The notes under the pieces: generated by a model | Database searches by the model: none | What the model was told of the DNA's origin: nothing | The model's input: the letters and a program-made list of their open reading frames with translations, nothing else | Position numbers and translations under genes: made by a program | Assembly (NCBI GenBank): GCA_021325135.1 | Contig: JAJPHT010000030.1 | Coordinates: 96,001-160,000 of the forward strand | Source: Pseudomonadota bacterium | GTDB taxonomy: Archaea; Thermoplasmatota; SW-10-69-26; JACQPN01; JAJPHT01 | DNA length: 64,000 nt | Direction of reading: 5' to 3' | Shown here: in pieces, positions 32,801 through 36,339 of the stretch | Numbering within the stretch: position 1 is the stretch's first letter | Layout of the letters: every line of letters begins with the position of its first letter

Positions 32801-34940
32801 CGTTGTTGTAGTAGTTGTCCTGGCCCGCGGTGTTCTTCACATAGACTTGGTCGCCGGCGTTGACTTGGACGGGAGGCACGATGATGTAGCTCCACTGGCG
32901 ATAGACGCCGTCGGCGCTGCTGGCCTGGATTGTGCCAGACACGCCTGGAATGCCGGGGTTGCCCGCGTCCTGGAGGCTGCTGTTCTGGCCGCCGTTGGCA
33001 GGAGCGAGCACGTTCCAGGTGCCTTGCCAAGGGACACCGCAGATGGCGTTGGGCGCGTTGATGTCGCCACCGAGGCTGATGTCGATGCGCGTCAGGAGGC
33101 CGGCTTGGGGGGCGGTGTAGCCGATGGCGAAGTTCACGGTGTCGCGGTACGTCGTGCCGGGCTGGGGCGAGGCGTAGCTGCTGATCGTGTCCGTCACGGG
33201 CTGGGGATACGAGACGGGCATGGCGCTCCACTTGTGGGCGCTCCACGGGTAGGCTGAGGTCGGGCTCACCCACGCGCCGAGGTGGCAGGCCGTGCTCCCG
33301 CTCACGCTGGTCCATGTCGCGTTGTCGGTGCTCTCCTGGCAGCCGCCCATGAGATTGGGGCTGGCGTGGCCTGTGGTCAAGTAGTCCACGCCGTAGGTGC
33401 AAGGGAGGGCGCTGTGCTGCTGGAAGAGAATCCAGTAGGTCATGCCGGCCTGGATGTAGGTCTGGCCGGCGAAGGTGGCCGCGCCGTGGCCAAAGTAGGG
33501 CGTGGGCGGGTTGGTCAAGCCGATGCCGCCTGCGTTCGTGCTGATCTGGGGCGAGAGGCTCCAGTCCAGGAGACTGCCGGGTGCGCCGCTGTTGTCGGCG
33601 TACACCTGGACTTCGAGCATGATGTTCTCGCCCTCCTGAGGCCGGTCGCAGGTCGTCGTGTGGCCATGCACCTGGAGCGCGACTTGAGCGAGGAAGCCGC
33701 TCGTGCTGGGCTGCCACTTCTGGCGGAGGAACTGGTCGGCGTTGTAGTCGGTCCCGTCGTAGTTCGTCGTCGGGTTGCCTGTTGTTCCAGCGACGTTGAC
33801 GGTGTCGAGCAGAGACGCGTCGATGCTGGGCGACCCGGCCGAGGTGAGATCATCGGTGACGTCCCGCACCGTCCCATCGACGAGGCCGTTCGCGGCTTGG
33901 TTGATGCCGATCGTGGAGAACGAGGGCGCCTGAATGGCCCAGTAGGACCCGTTGTCTGAGACCGGAAGGGGTTTCCACGTGGGGCCCTCGTGCCCCCACT
34001 CGACATAGGGTTGGGTCGTGAAGCCCAACGCGGTGGCGGCCCAAGTCTTGTTGAGGCGGATTTCACTGCCGTAGTTGCTATGCCCCCAGGAGGGCGTGAA
34101 CTGGATCCGGAGGCCGGCCAGCTTTTGCGTGGTCACGTTGACAATGGTCAGGTTCGAGACACTCGTGTAGTAGCGAGTCACGCCCGTCAAGGCGTCGGTG
34201 AGATTGTACGCGCTGGCGTTGGTGAGGAGGGTCGTGGTCGTGACAAGGAGCGTTGTGCCCATGGTCGTGTTCGACAGCGTCGTCGTGATCGCGGGGTACG
34301 TCACGTTTCCTGGGAGGGTCTGGTTGAGCCACGAGGCGCGCGTGCTAGTGAGGACGGGGGTCGTGGCGGGTTGGAGTTGCTGGAGTTGCCACCAGAGGCC
34401 TTCGGCGCGGTTGAGCAAGAGGCTCGATGGGTCCCCGAGGCCGTAGCCGGCCTGGCCGGCGGTGAAGGTGCTCAGGCTCCACGGGACGTATTCGTCGCTG
34501 AGGCGAAGTTGGACGAGACTGGTGCTCTGGAGGGGTTCGGCGGGCACGATGATCTCCGGCCCCAGGGGGCCAGGTCGCGGCGTGCTGCGGGTCCACGAGG
34601 CACCCGCGTCGTAGCTCAACTCGTACTTCAGCAGGGTCCAGCTCTTGGTGAGGCCGACCCAGGATTGGTTGACCTGGATGCGGAAGCTGACGGGATCGTT
34701 CACCGTGAGGTTGTAGAGGCTCTGGGAAGCGTCGTCGTAGACGAGGACACTGTTGATGGTGCGCGTGCCTCCATCGAGGTTCACGAAGTTGAGCGTCTGG
34801 ATGCCGCCAAGGACCACGTTGGTGACGTTCGTCAAGGGGCCCACGCTGAGACTCTCGGCAGGCGGGGCGGCCAAGAGGCCCGAACCGAGGAGGAGAGCCA
34901 GCACGAGAAGGCCACGGAGGCGCTGGCGCGCAGCCACCAT
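8676..34940 (-). CDS. Giant surface glycoprotein/adhesin (~8,750 aa): helical stalk, 5 LamG domains, F5/8C-like domain, 8 FN3-like domains, internal anchor plus second signal peptide
   Basis: Uninterrupted 26 kb ORF. Signal peptide MVAARQRLRGLLVLALLLGSGLLAAPPAES (ATG 34940; the ORF track starts at 35000). LamG signatures (W.H...YD...LY.NG, G.LDEV..WNR.L), FN3 signatures (P..P..L, L.W..P, Y.VY, Y.F.V.A.N..GEG) and a very large number of N-x-S/T sequons. Confidence 0.93.
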   Translation of the reverse strand: MVAARQRLRGLLVLALLLGSGLLAAPPAESLSVGPLTNVTNVVLGGIQTLNFVNLDGGTRTINSVLVYDDASQSLYNLTVNDPVSFRIQVNQSWVGLTKSWTLLKYELSYDAGASWTRSTPRPGPLGPEIIVPAEPLQSTSLVQLRLSDEYVPWSLSTFTAGQAGYGLGDPSSLLLNRAEGLWWQLQQLQPATTPVLTSTRASWLNQTLPGNVTYPAITTTLSNTTMGTTLLVTTTTLLTNASAYNLTDALTGVTRYYTSVSNLTIVNVTTQKLAGLRIQFTPSWGHSNYGSEIRLNKTWAATALGFTTQPYVEWGHEGPTWKPLPVSDNGSYWAIQAPSFSTIGINQAANGLVDGTVRDVTDDLTSAGSPSIDASLLDTVNVAGTTGNPTTNYDGTDYNADQFLRQKWQPSTSGFLAQVALQVHGHTTTCDRPQEGENIMLEVQVYADNSGAPGSLLDWSLSPQISTNAGGIGLTNPPTPYFGHGAATFAGQTYIQAGMTYWILFQQHSALPCTYGVDYLTTGHASPNLMGGCQESTDNATWTSVSGSTACHLGAWVSPTSAYPWSAHKWSAMPVSYPQPVTDTISSYASPQPGTTYRDTVNFAIGYTAPQAGLLTRIDISLGGDINAPNAICGVPWQGTWNVLAPANGGQNSSLQDAGNPGIPGVSGTIQASSADGVYRQWSYIIVPPVQVNAGDQVYVKNTAGQDNYYNNAYHNCLAYHRTTSTHVTPINVTGQSATEDAFLRVYYGTYPTTAYAQTNSNIHNFQNLVSLLDARVWPTQSPPAGTSVGVQLNPGGAWTFLPPGQYTSLGSYYPLTTMKSRYVLNDTTTSFPTLDDTVLGSSFTWHAEFSVPNFETRTVGLSSESDAFSGTTTLPYVTTDALLKLPTSINAKGIIAGGVYADGAYTDAGTSSPTNLAKKQMGFDSAGLNVYLRPNSFTVGTQTWNATGGAWFAGSNYLCCSFSDLKGMLWTYAYPYLSTSYTVTNVCLNARVIATGNAPYTIGWGLSASVGGKELATGTITVPTSATSPTWLCSSPFNLLVTTGQVFTYVKSESSTDIRVSMAPMSANICGACPGWPTQNGVYTAYNSPTYQPSSQALQSDQNAFYIGPVVTYNQTTLQSMGSVNLTWGTQFNITVPGLVRSGDYIMAQGLILDVNNRPISGYMTNMTVTYANGTPLPNNVGVGPSYNATNGNFLSIMTTTYLAPGNYYVTIGFTDTVNGVLAKKSWPVAIGNAPTSTTSPGGPVPQVYADGVIYYNFFDNNTGFGLNPDFYKVYVSTTPTITESSRVVGGRVPLYVGNTYYIAVKDYFGHMVWPPPDLASYSCTGANGEACPFSQVTSTYGVLNVVKPQLFLDVGVTLYQVKIKNTQTDPAYLQMSANGKTYATWVLPGEITSLEVPQDTYALQTDIYDANLQPPQLVDYAYNYTGSTQPYWMPSPAQDTAGDGSLCLQLSCTGQPANTGVPGNGVTGNGAACLDGAESTVAYCSAANATAQGETLAYFGTLDLNRVSKLTNLTLHLWDGDARSFYGYRVETSADPVHNGWSLLWDSTQNGCAGGGLATRVGPTMPGSAGGVCTSANVDYQGRQVLSFSPQDVRYVRVFLTGSTASSAGLLTEVLAGASASASLLVNQDQFIWIRGYDLFSVVFLINNVASQVYNQQVNVGIHINNQDSTIQQQTTTIAALFNSSNSWVGQQILGIYAGINNTNTNVSAQAAMIQQNINNFQTNVSTQVASVSQSLVNLNSNVTNQLAYAQQLVNNTNASLGSQIVYSNLLLNNTNTSIQTQITGVSTNLSNLNASVGTQFNFVQAQIVNENANVSTQVNALSTLVNNTNASIATQVNQVGASVNNTNASILNQISLVSASISNLNVSAQAQFNALSGMIASSQSNLTNQTNLVQASIVTQNANVSSQFNTIGALINTTNASLGTQVNALSAQVTNLNVSTQSQLNILRSEVLNHGVAPPIDSSVVAMYPFDDANGTVVHDASPYHNDASLVATSLGNWTAGHVGGALSFNGNEWASQNVSTLSSTSFSIAGWLRLDPASSGWSFAHPWGLFGQHNATFYASSTTRVLNYKAQTIGGAIVTGSTGANLSSGAWIHAAMTYDNATLRVYINGSLVASVPAPGGLDANGGRLITLGTSGALSASNAWFGGLDEVWVYNRTLTDAEVYGLYQDLNPLLLNQFNQIEANVSNAQATITSQTNVLQAQIVNTNANLSSQYVSISGLVNNTNASLGSQINAVQVQIVQANANVSAQLNYVNFQVNNTNATLQSEVNAVWASVNNTNASVLSQVNAIQTAILNQNANVSNQFNLLNVSIHNEETNISTQLSQVWFSVNSTGSNVSTQVNAVQAQIVNSNTNLSTQFNLLNVTVHNEELNLTNQSSYLQAQITSLGGNVSNQTNAIALTISNLNASMQSQFNGVLVQISNTNLSLVAQTNLILTRIANQFATEHGVDGSTNLYASFDSPDGNLTPSSVPDLAGKNNTVYLAGNASLTPEGHAGAALYLPNTTTTSPNTMAYSLGNLSLASGQLSAAAWVEADDFNRQQGGATNWYILSNGRSCCATAAGSYGGFGLYATGTPAHLQGWAWTGTTDTSQVTAVGTTTLVPGVWYHAGLTYDGYSLRLWLNGTLEAATTPFGTYTPLVQPNATYPYNQKATVGDLSSNARQYPWHGKLDEVKAWNRSLSPTEIQADALGMSPAILTQVNLLNAQVQNENASLTGQINVVNTNLSNVNASLQAQVTSVATTLVNTNASIQNQVNIVWGAVNNTNLSIGTQANLIRGDIATTNGNVTTQFNTLSFGLHNTETNITNQTFALWASVNNTNSTVVSQANLVSALIVNANTSTTSQFNLIYGEVRNTETNLTSQTSQVSAQISSANSTSVNQTNAIQAQIVAENLNLSAQYNTLVAAQTSSNATVVNQTNLLMAQLASVNLNATNQSNLISATIRSTEGNITNQTNLVAGQIVSENANVSTQFNLVLSNLSVVNGTVVNQTNLLSGRISQEETNLTSQANTILLNISSQNSTMLNQTNSLLVSIVNSNATIANQTNLILARIFNEFAIQRGIDGSAALYAPFDDLSNNTLAKDQSGKGHDLILKGGAVEVAGGRVGSSLDLQPLAPNVNTTGLVAWYRLDEHYGGAANDSTQLGRDGSYNPQANMSHVHGKYGYAATFDGANDEVILPTAPFTSGLTGDRTLEAWIYPQGLDRNGATILTTKNYPDGTSPGYWFGLDAAGRLSFVTSDGSGAESNVTASASLPLNTWEQAVAVYAQATNTATLYVNGSPIATGTLGLAPGVGGRALLGGEAVLPETQGGNKAGWIGRLDEIRAYNFAEGPQDVAWRAISQHGISQYAQSPSNLTLNSGSLSASAWIYAADFDNWTQSLGSSAWYVLGNDRDCTCSSGAWGGFSLYVAGGTPKLQGRVWLDNTTTLTATGATPLQPGAWYHVGLVYDQSSLRLYLNGAQDAQSLAPSAPRPMAPPNETYFGQHGLTVGDLACCAPIFGWHGMIDEAKVWDRSLNPTEMQADAVGVSPGLLNQVNLLSQSIATSNASIQTQVNLVQSQIRTSESNLTAQTNTVLVNLSNLNANLSTQANLLQAHVTNTETNLTTQISAFSANVSNLNSSVLNQYNSLTAQVQNTNANLSAQTNIVGALVNNTNASLAGQLNAVQVSIANQNASLGAQLNYVDFLVNNSNASLQSQVSTVLGAVNNANATVVTQANQILAQIQNQNANVSNQFNSLSLVVHNEEANLSSQANLIWFTVNNTNSSVQTQTSLVSSQVVNLNTSVVQQFAATNTLVQNAQSAITNQTLAIQASVASTNASLGNQTTTIEAQIVTQNANVTAQYNSLVASVLSGNATLVNQTNAILSQIAASNSTVGNQTNFVLGQIRTSEANLTNQSNFLSGAIVSENANVSSQFNLILASVASANASIQNQSSTLQANITTLNSSLQAQTSSLSAQIASTNVNLSAQYNVLAASITSENLTLLNQTSLLSAQILSANLNATNQTNLVTGTIRTTEANLSSQSNLLAGQVVSENANVSTQFNLVLSNITTLNASVSSQANALSAQVSNVNLSLANQSNQIEASISSTNTNLSAQFNAISAAIQTSNTSIQNQTNLILSSLSSVNATVGNQTNLVLGQVRVSESNLTNQSNYVEGQIVSQGANITSQFNVVLSSVATTNATVVNQSSQLSALISTTNASLQNQTNTLQAQLVSQNANLSLQYNALSAAITSENLTLLNQTNALAAQIAMSNATLVNQSNLLYGEIRTTEANLTNVTNVVSAQIVSENTNVSTQYNVLVTTLSTLNGTVLNQSNLLSAQIASTNASLQNQTNAVSLQIVAANATMVNQTNAILTEVLNSNASLSQQENTLLARVINQFANANDPLAPTDTVAKYAYDEGTGTTAYDTTANGRHGTVSWGAPTWVQGRYGTGLLFNGVNDTLDYAPASDFTGLSNKTLSAWVLPTGSGSLGETIFTTMAKGKNAPAGYWFGLGPGNYTPAFTMADGTRNETAWASRGLAPNEWHHVAASYNNATRGASFWIDGAPAGTSTLSLVTLGVITASFARSGGEATNPDPVGGHQAGFHGTLDELHVYRRPITDSEALALYLGASAGIGLQYNLLSQAVSNANLSGTTQLNLLQSQVMNLNGNLSSQTNTVLVNLSNLNTSLQSQVNLLQAHVANVETNVSAQVNLVSANLSTLNATVGSQYNGLVGQVVNTNLNLSAQTNYVTSLLNQTNASVGTQLNSVQVSLAQGNANITAQVSYVGLVVNNTNASLGSQLSTVTSQVQNTNASVASQANAIMGQIVNQNTNVSNQYNSLSLLVRNEEANITSQVNQVWFGVNNTNATLQTQTLLLGSKIDNANTNVSTQFALQSLQIHNEETNVTNQSSSLLVNISNMNASVGTQFQGVTLQVSNLNASLQSQVNALSAQISNSNLSAQQQVNLVWATLNNTNSSLGTSITILSGKIDFNQAQINTSFAQVQANLSFTNTTILNNLTSLNQSLQTRLQEVLGDVDARGQDALNQTLWVLANVTTLQGNLTAQLLNETTQVLGHVDARSDAVYNQTLLVLANITSAQSNLSQQAESNLLLILGNVTTRSDDLVLRTTTLLNLLVTNQGGLNESLRDNFTTLLAQVNARSDQVVGQEALLLSNLTGVSTSVASNATLILGQLNARSDDLVLRTTTLLSNLTAQNATLNAGLAAQGLLILGAVSNRSDDLVARTEAILANLASTNTTLNASLQANAVSILATISARSDDLALRSTSLLENLTNARQGLNDSLHATALSILASLAGQEDAAFNQTTAILSALSTNQAQQNQSLVGLELDVLGSLANQSSQAQAREDQILQSIALNASATTSTLSAQTLQVLTVVNQRDDALVNQTLHLLDTLTGVNATLSQDLAERALSILAAVDNRSDDLVARQEAILASIAANATQTNEALTTTAFTVLARVDARSDDLANRSTTILANLTLGTASLNQSVTLAALTILAQVDNRSDAVYQRELDILDGLETNATSITQHLTAQEVAVLAQLNARSDQIVNHTLDILASIESQNQTAVATVLSAEAALLGDARTRQDDVINATLNLSASLRLVNTSLADALLRTAQDVESSVGQNVSTTLDALALLSQRVGSLGNATIADTIQSILAQQAQFGQDEALALAALRGDVASNTTRLIDRMDATGLRLEATLGEVQAALGQNTTQDIQDALAAINENLTRSVRLYIPGLTTNDTTAPTSVLYASVSLEAPNTIIVGWSAFDTQNLVTGVTVWGRPVGLGDWTLLVANASRQGSAAWTNALDGVAYEFKSTSTDAVGNQETDPAAPQHNWIIVTYHAPERPIVTPPTSTQEVAQGVFKRPFLIPGPSAPGALLVVALAALLARPRTAKPSRGPCQRAPARPFATCLLGLAMGVMVVLLFVPLVAGQGSPPAAPGNLRAVPGSGTINLTWDPPVGATTTSTTDAASVRDSLAPDQNAAAFTWEPASQATTLQTAQNIETGLASIPSTYLQQSFTVPTSGFLYQASFELQFTPACSQTEWFEIQLWQGTTMLADSASDAITPWIVGTHSPWGLPATFTRAVPLNPGVTYALRLLPSARMCANEKVSLMDSLSGGTANLAGHCVSKDPTTGLMNDVGQYCGLLVSLHDTTINQAASKWWPPSIPSTDVRAPGPAQTLPTSYAGPNGLNARYAGFKVTTTSRVDRIDLSITGCAGLTQGAWTLYATDSSGQPTTPIATSSPLTLQSDGFASLVFDPPPTLSSANTYALKIGGTNTATCTYGTDTTGGAATWANYYVITHPCADNTCGWTKDGNTGFYLNLWSSTYAPDAYLTSNPLTTPNDANSYQVTPVVFNTNGCLFCQLDMNINGQWFNPMFSKQVGNLPGTPRTLTATLEWIGDSGLALSVPTNGISVTWSPNYLVSTSVQRSQSGSSETNVFTPGPLSATFGGPNAWQSANGIYRIPVSPKLTTLSTAQVYGEPAPTSVGSLSSLAPGTYFFDASNHVVFLESRVGPFGPSYAPQAAANGTTAGQSVTTYRVYKSTDGTTYSLVGATGGLNASYDVNNLQNRQTYAFEVTALNGAGEGPPTSPLWAMPHAMPPGAPVALTLSPGNGFVDVAWSMNASTGGAAPTDYVIYAGSNPGLLVNLSDTGGSNTTFRANGLTNGGSYYFAISAVNTAGEGPLGPSQGVMPVAGPAPIAPTLAHAAGSGSSPSIQLSWTPNSQGPAATDYNVYAGLTGTSRVLVGDTGGANQSYLVNNLVKGQAYAFVVTTLANGQESAPSNLVTDTPSFAPYSPNLLVAQPRNGAVDLAWSPPSKSSGTPVTNYAVLKNGAQVALVGGTNTTFTLNGLTNGVTVSLQVAALAGTPGDPSNSLTVTPTLNAPPLPGAVSGLAAVPRDGGALLTWVANPETSLAGYYVYRGAVPGFDLGQPVANLSWSSISYADAGIPNAQPAYYRLVAYDSSFHNASPSAQVAVLPCAGCGVAPTPPRNLSARVQDAALSLRWILPAWDGRNPITQLNLYRGTSLNWTLLTTLPPTATTYQDAPLLNGVTYTYRLAAQNAQGEGGFAWLNATPARVPYAPTPVASVRPDNIVHLTWTPPANGGLPILYYRLYRMNPQTLIATINATSYSDARPNWDPQAYTYGVSAVSLAGEGDVGQSGAVSVASRDFLSPSDLRNVTLRVTGAPQGMPTLSQAGNPFGNGLSNPGVAIATSTDGVNNYRVTLRARDQNDPTSNPQSGQSMFTTGATPKFYLYPETTSLTANGVDLTLYLVWGNGPTGNRTLQNATTDWVYATLTFFNFATSQVSTTSQFAIPFCETQGCISYKSVTGVGGTSTQTLTTQWWINKNAANTLGPAAANLAYAGSYRMAITAAWRNGATNQIDSTSNSDWDQGPAGSYGNSQAGYLTTTANVTSYETYHADEGCAQPESQITRGESICGKIQTETTPWRLQPDYDQNWMKTANTAFDGSVQTVSSQGDVGTMQTPLQTGSRTIFLFGDAGGVYARAYDANMKIQQSRVVLINKNQEGTPGQLLSLTYYSPQDAYYLVYQLVGDQKWYLKQFDTNLNLVRSFNVGSLCGSCTQSLGAIAGKQGIVLYYGQTNQGISVTFYDPTQDAITTVGQVLTVTTGATQNPNVVYGNGEFLLTAERVGTGTALKLSGRFLDERGNPLGTGTFDILDRSTDTPTNSGSMTHAYGVAYDARSRYWLVAATTNDGRVFAIPVNPTTNAVVGTMKQITAATSSLNVEVELVSYQQEVLCFLGVMVQDAQTSTSQDATFSYALLSAEGETLRPFVTIVTAPQTAVYPIGSAGFALSSYAWTTGTSATFMWLGMTPDASTTAWNYTVLMPQESLLVREADAFNNTLAWGELAWTSKTLTYQVQTAPNASPGPIMETVLVARQLPFNSLQPWVQFNTQRAPAYNATSLAFQTMITRPDTGQRTNASYYIDNQILLGSTRSPQVLGEVGASATTPAYATTDAFQVGATLKDRWGNPLRNTTVQIFLASGFGTNDPVQSATNQTGDVACAPCTASLAGQPDTYNATTLLAPDPLDYHYVLLTPGASPALDSPDIRLLGDQPQRATTTTGGTGLSLPDAPNATTPNLLDVSNKVWLAQSTLAYRGAVAPYADLMAGDTQRANATLWGSRGQPAPDGTQVQVIFTRPSLATQVLTRTTTGGLIPNADLLHASSDPAGSWTLSFQLPNGTQTTPDPYNETWQVSRAIQADWLDTNITGNTTTPFKAYEPGEVVQVGGLLRHADGAAYRVKNPNASLGYARNVTVMVYRGSGTTEYGTDAFANQSAVGVDPATGLFTTSLPVPNSATSTYTSTHSATYDGNWGYSLRVFDGTSSLTSNALGNDLNSPNRLDIDKSLYVAQYVESRNDTDNPSDTDYNSGLDDSPGNAPDSDYSRVSVKNVRGEPTNQFNGLSVLRTLTNPFTAQVTSTTSLPLTPLNPATGLYRTAWGPWTAWTTSSASYTLQSSDTHGATTIRPDPGPAQLTGARVHYAFAKIDPARTLILRSQTQSIVVTAADSFVDLSDNGVLDFSAGPLQGVSGHLSDYDDGSTSLWTFNQSFANQASPFNLSYTYTSTDRTGYRDTYLSLAAGAQGKLKGREWITSPGQYDHHAPAAPTSSLILPRQTWVVQNQSDWNQHGPAQSIDTSQGVLRIAPGTSSARWVSPIRSAGTPTQASLAASLTLNAAADGLVVAWINTSNDDFLSQEASAQTMLNGPLTGSVTLNLPSGTARDYRLSLVLAGVVAGAGVVAGRVHRVAGRQEGNQGSEGEACGQ
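18150..19935 (-). repeat. About 15 copies of a degenerate 40-aa (120-bp) helical repeat
   Basis: Units begin DARGQD, DARSDA, TTRSDD, NARSDQ, NARSDD, SNRSDD, SARSDD and so on. The units I counted are 40 aa apart, one is 36 aa. Confidence 0.88.
19950..30000 (-). repeat. Degenerate 18-aa (54-bp) tandem repeat stalk in five blocks separated by LamG domains
   Basis: Consecutive 18-mers such as NLNASVGTQFNFVQAQIV / NENANVSTQVNALSTLVN / NTNASIATQVNQVGASVN / NTNASILNQISLVSASIS. Confidence 0.9.
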
Positions 34941-35005
34941 GCGGGCGTTCCCTTCGCCCCGCGCTTTTCTAGCTTTTGCACGACTCGCTGCGGAGGCCAC
35001 CGGGT

Positions 35006-36328
35006 TTAGGTGCGCTTACGGGGGCGCAAGGTGCGGCGCTTGCCGCGGAAGGCTCCTTGCGTTTTCCTGAGGCGCTGACCCAGGTTGATGATGGTGGGAG
35101 GGGAACGGCGTGCGGCCAACTCGGCAATGCGGAGGTCGGCGCGCTTGGATTCGAGGCTCGCCTCGCGCCTGGTCCGCGCGACGGCGGTCTGCCCAGCGGC
35201 GCGGCTGGCGGCGGCTGCGGCGCGCGCTTGGGCGGCGTACTTCTGGGCGTCCATCTTGATGCGCAGGGCGGCTTGCCGATCCTTGTCGGCCTGGTGGCGG
35301 GCTTGCGCGTTCGTCTTGGCGTCACCAAGGCGAGCGTCCTTGCCTGCTTGGAGCGCGTTGCGATCCTTTTCCAGATCCGTTATGAGTTGCTTGCGCGCAA
35401 GCTGATTGGCGCGCAGGCGATCCTTGTCCACGGCTCGGAGCGCCAAGTAGCGGTTCAGCGTGGGTCCCAACCAGGAGGGATTCTTCCGGATCAGGACGAG
35501 GAGGGGGATCGTCACGATGATCGCGAGGATGAGGAGGTTGAACCAGGCGGGACTCCCGATGATGGGGGTCAGGTGGGCCGGTATGGCGACGGGGCTCACG
35601 ACGCTGGCCTGGAGCCAGTCGGGGACCCCGTCCTGGTTCACGTCGTTCTGAAGGTTGAGTCCCGTCGCGGCGGCCAAGATGTTGACGCCCCCGCGGAGCG
35701 CCTCGCCCACGGGCCGAAAGATGCTCAAGAGGCCCCCCGAAGGACTGGGGCTGGCGTCGTGCTGGATCGTGACCGTTCGCTCCACGAGGCTGCTCCAGGT
35801 CTTGCCGTTCGTGCTGGCGAAGACCAGGAGGTGGCTGCCTTCGCTCAGGCTCGCGGGGTTGAACTGGTAGGTCCAGACGCCCGTCGCTGCCGTCTGGGTC
35901 GTCGCGGGAACGTTCTGGCCCTTCTCCCAGTAGTAGACCGTGCTTTGGGGGCGCGTGACGCCCTGGAAGAGGACGCTCCCACTGATCGTCTCGCCATTCT
36001 GGGGCGTGGTGACGATCATGTCGCTCTCGAACCTCGCGGGGCCTTCCTCGGCGAGGGGATCGTGGCCGGTGAGATGAACGAGGAGCGGGCTGGCCACGAG
36101 CCCGTTCCACCAGAGGAAGCCCCACAGGACGAGCACGAGAAGGAGGGGCAGGAGCAGGGCCGTGGCGATGGCGCCGCGCCGGTGCCCTTGGGCCCAAGTC
36201 TGGAGGTGGTGGCCGGCAGCATGGAAGCGCGCCCGGATCCCCACCCCGCCTTGGCTTGGCTGCTTGGGGTGTTTGCCTTCGAGGTTGAGTTGGAGTCGGA
36301 GGCGGAAGCCGCCACGCTTGGGCCGCAT
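35006..36328 (-). CDS. Two-TM membrane protein with external Ig-like domain and basic coiled-coil cytoplasmic tail
   Basis: TM1; Ig-like segment ITTPQNGETISGSV..G..WTY; Dx[DN]xDG loop DVNQDGVPD; TM2; Ala/Arg/Lys-rich helical tail. Confidence 0.8.
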   Translation of the reverse strand: MRPKRGGFRLRLQLNLEGKHPKQPSQGGVGIRARFHAAGHHLQTWAQGHRRGAIATALLLPLLLVLVLWGFLWWNGLVASPLLVHLTGHDPLAEEGPARFESDMIVTTPQNGETISGSVLFQGVTRPQSTVYYWEKGQNVPATTQTAATGVWTYQFNPASLSEGSHLLVFASTNGKTWSSLVERTVTIQHDASPSPSGGLLSIFRPVGEALRGGVNILAAATGLNLQNDVNQDGVPDWLQASVVSPVAIPAHLTPIIGSPAWFNLLILAIIVTIPLLVLIRKNPSWLGPTLNRYLALRAVDKDRLRANQLARKQLITDLEKDRNALQAGKDARLGDAKTNAQARHQADKDRQAALRIKMDAQKYAAQARAAAAASRAAGQTAVARTRREASLESKRADLRIAELAARRSPPTIINLGQRLRKTQGAFRGKRRTLRPRKRT

Positions 36329-36339
36329 CGGGGCACGTC

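Noticed and set aside
9909-35009. Many long + strand ORFs (e.g. 9909-14198, 21105-23504) and off-frame - strand ORFs
   Set aside because: Antisense or frame-shift shadows of the GC3-biased giant gene; V/G/R/E-rich or R/P/H-rich composition with no motifs.
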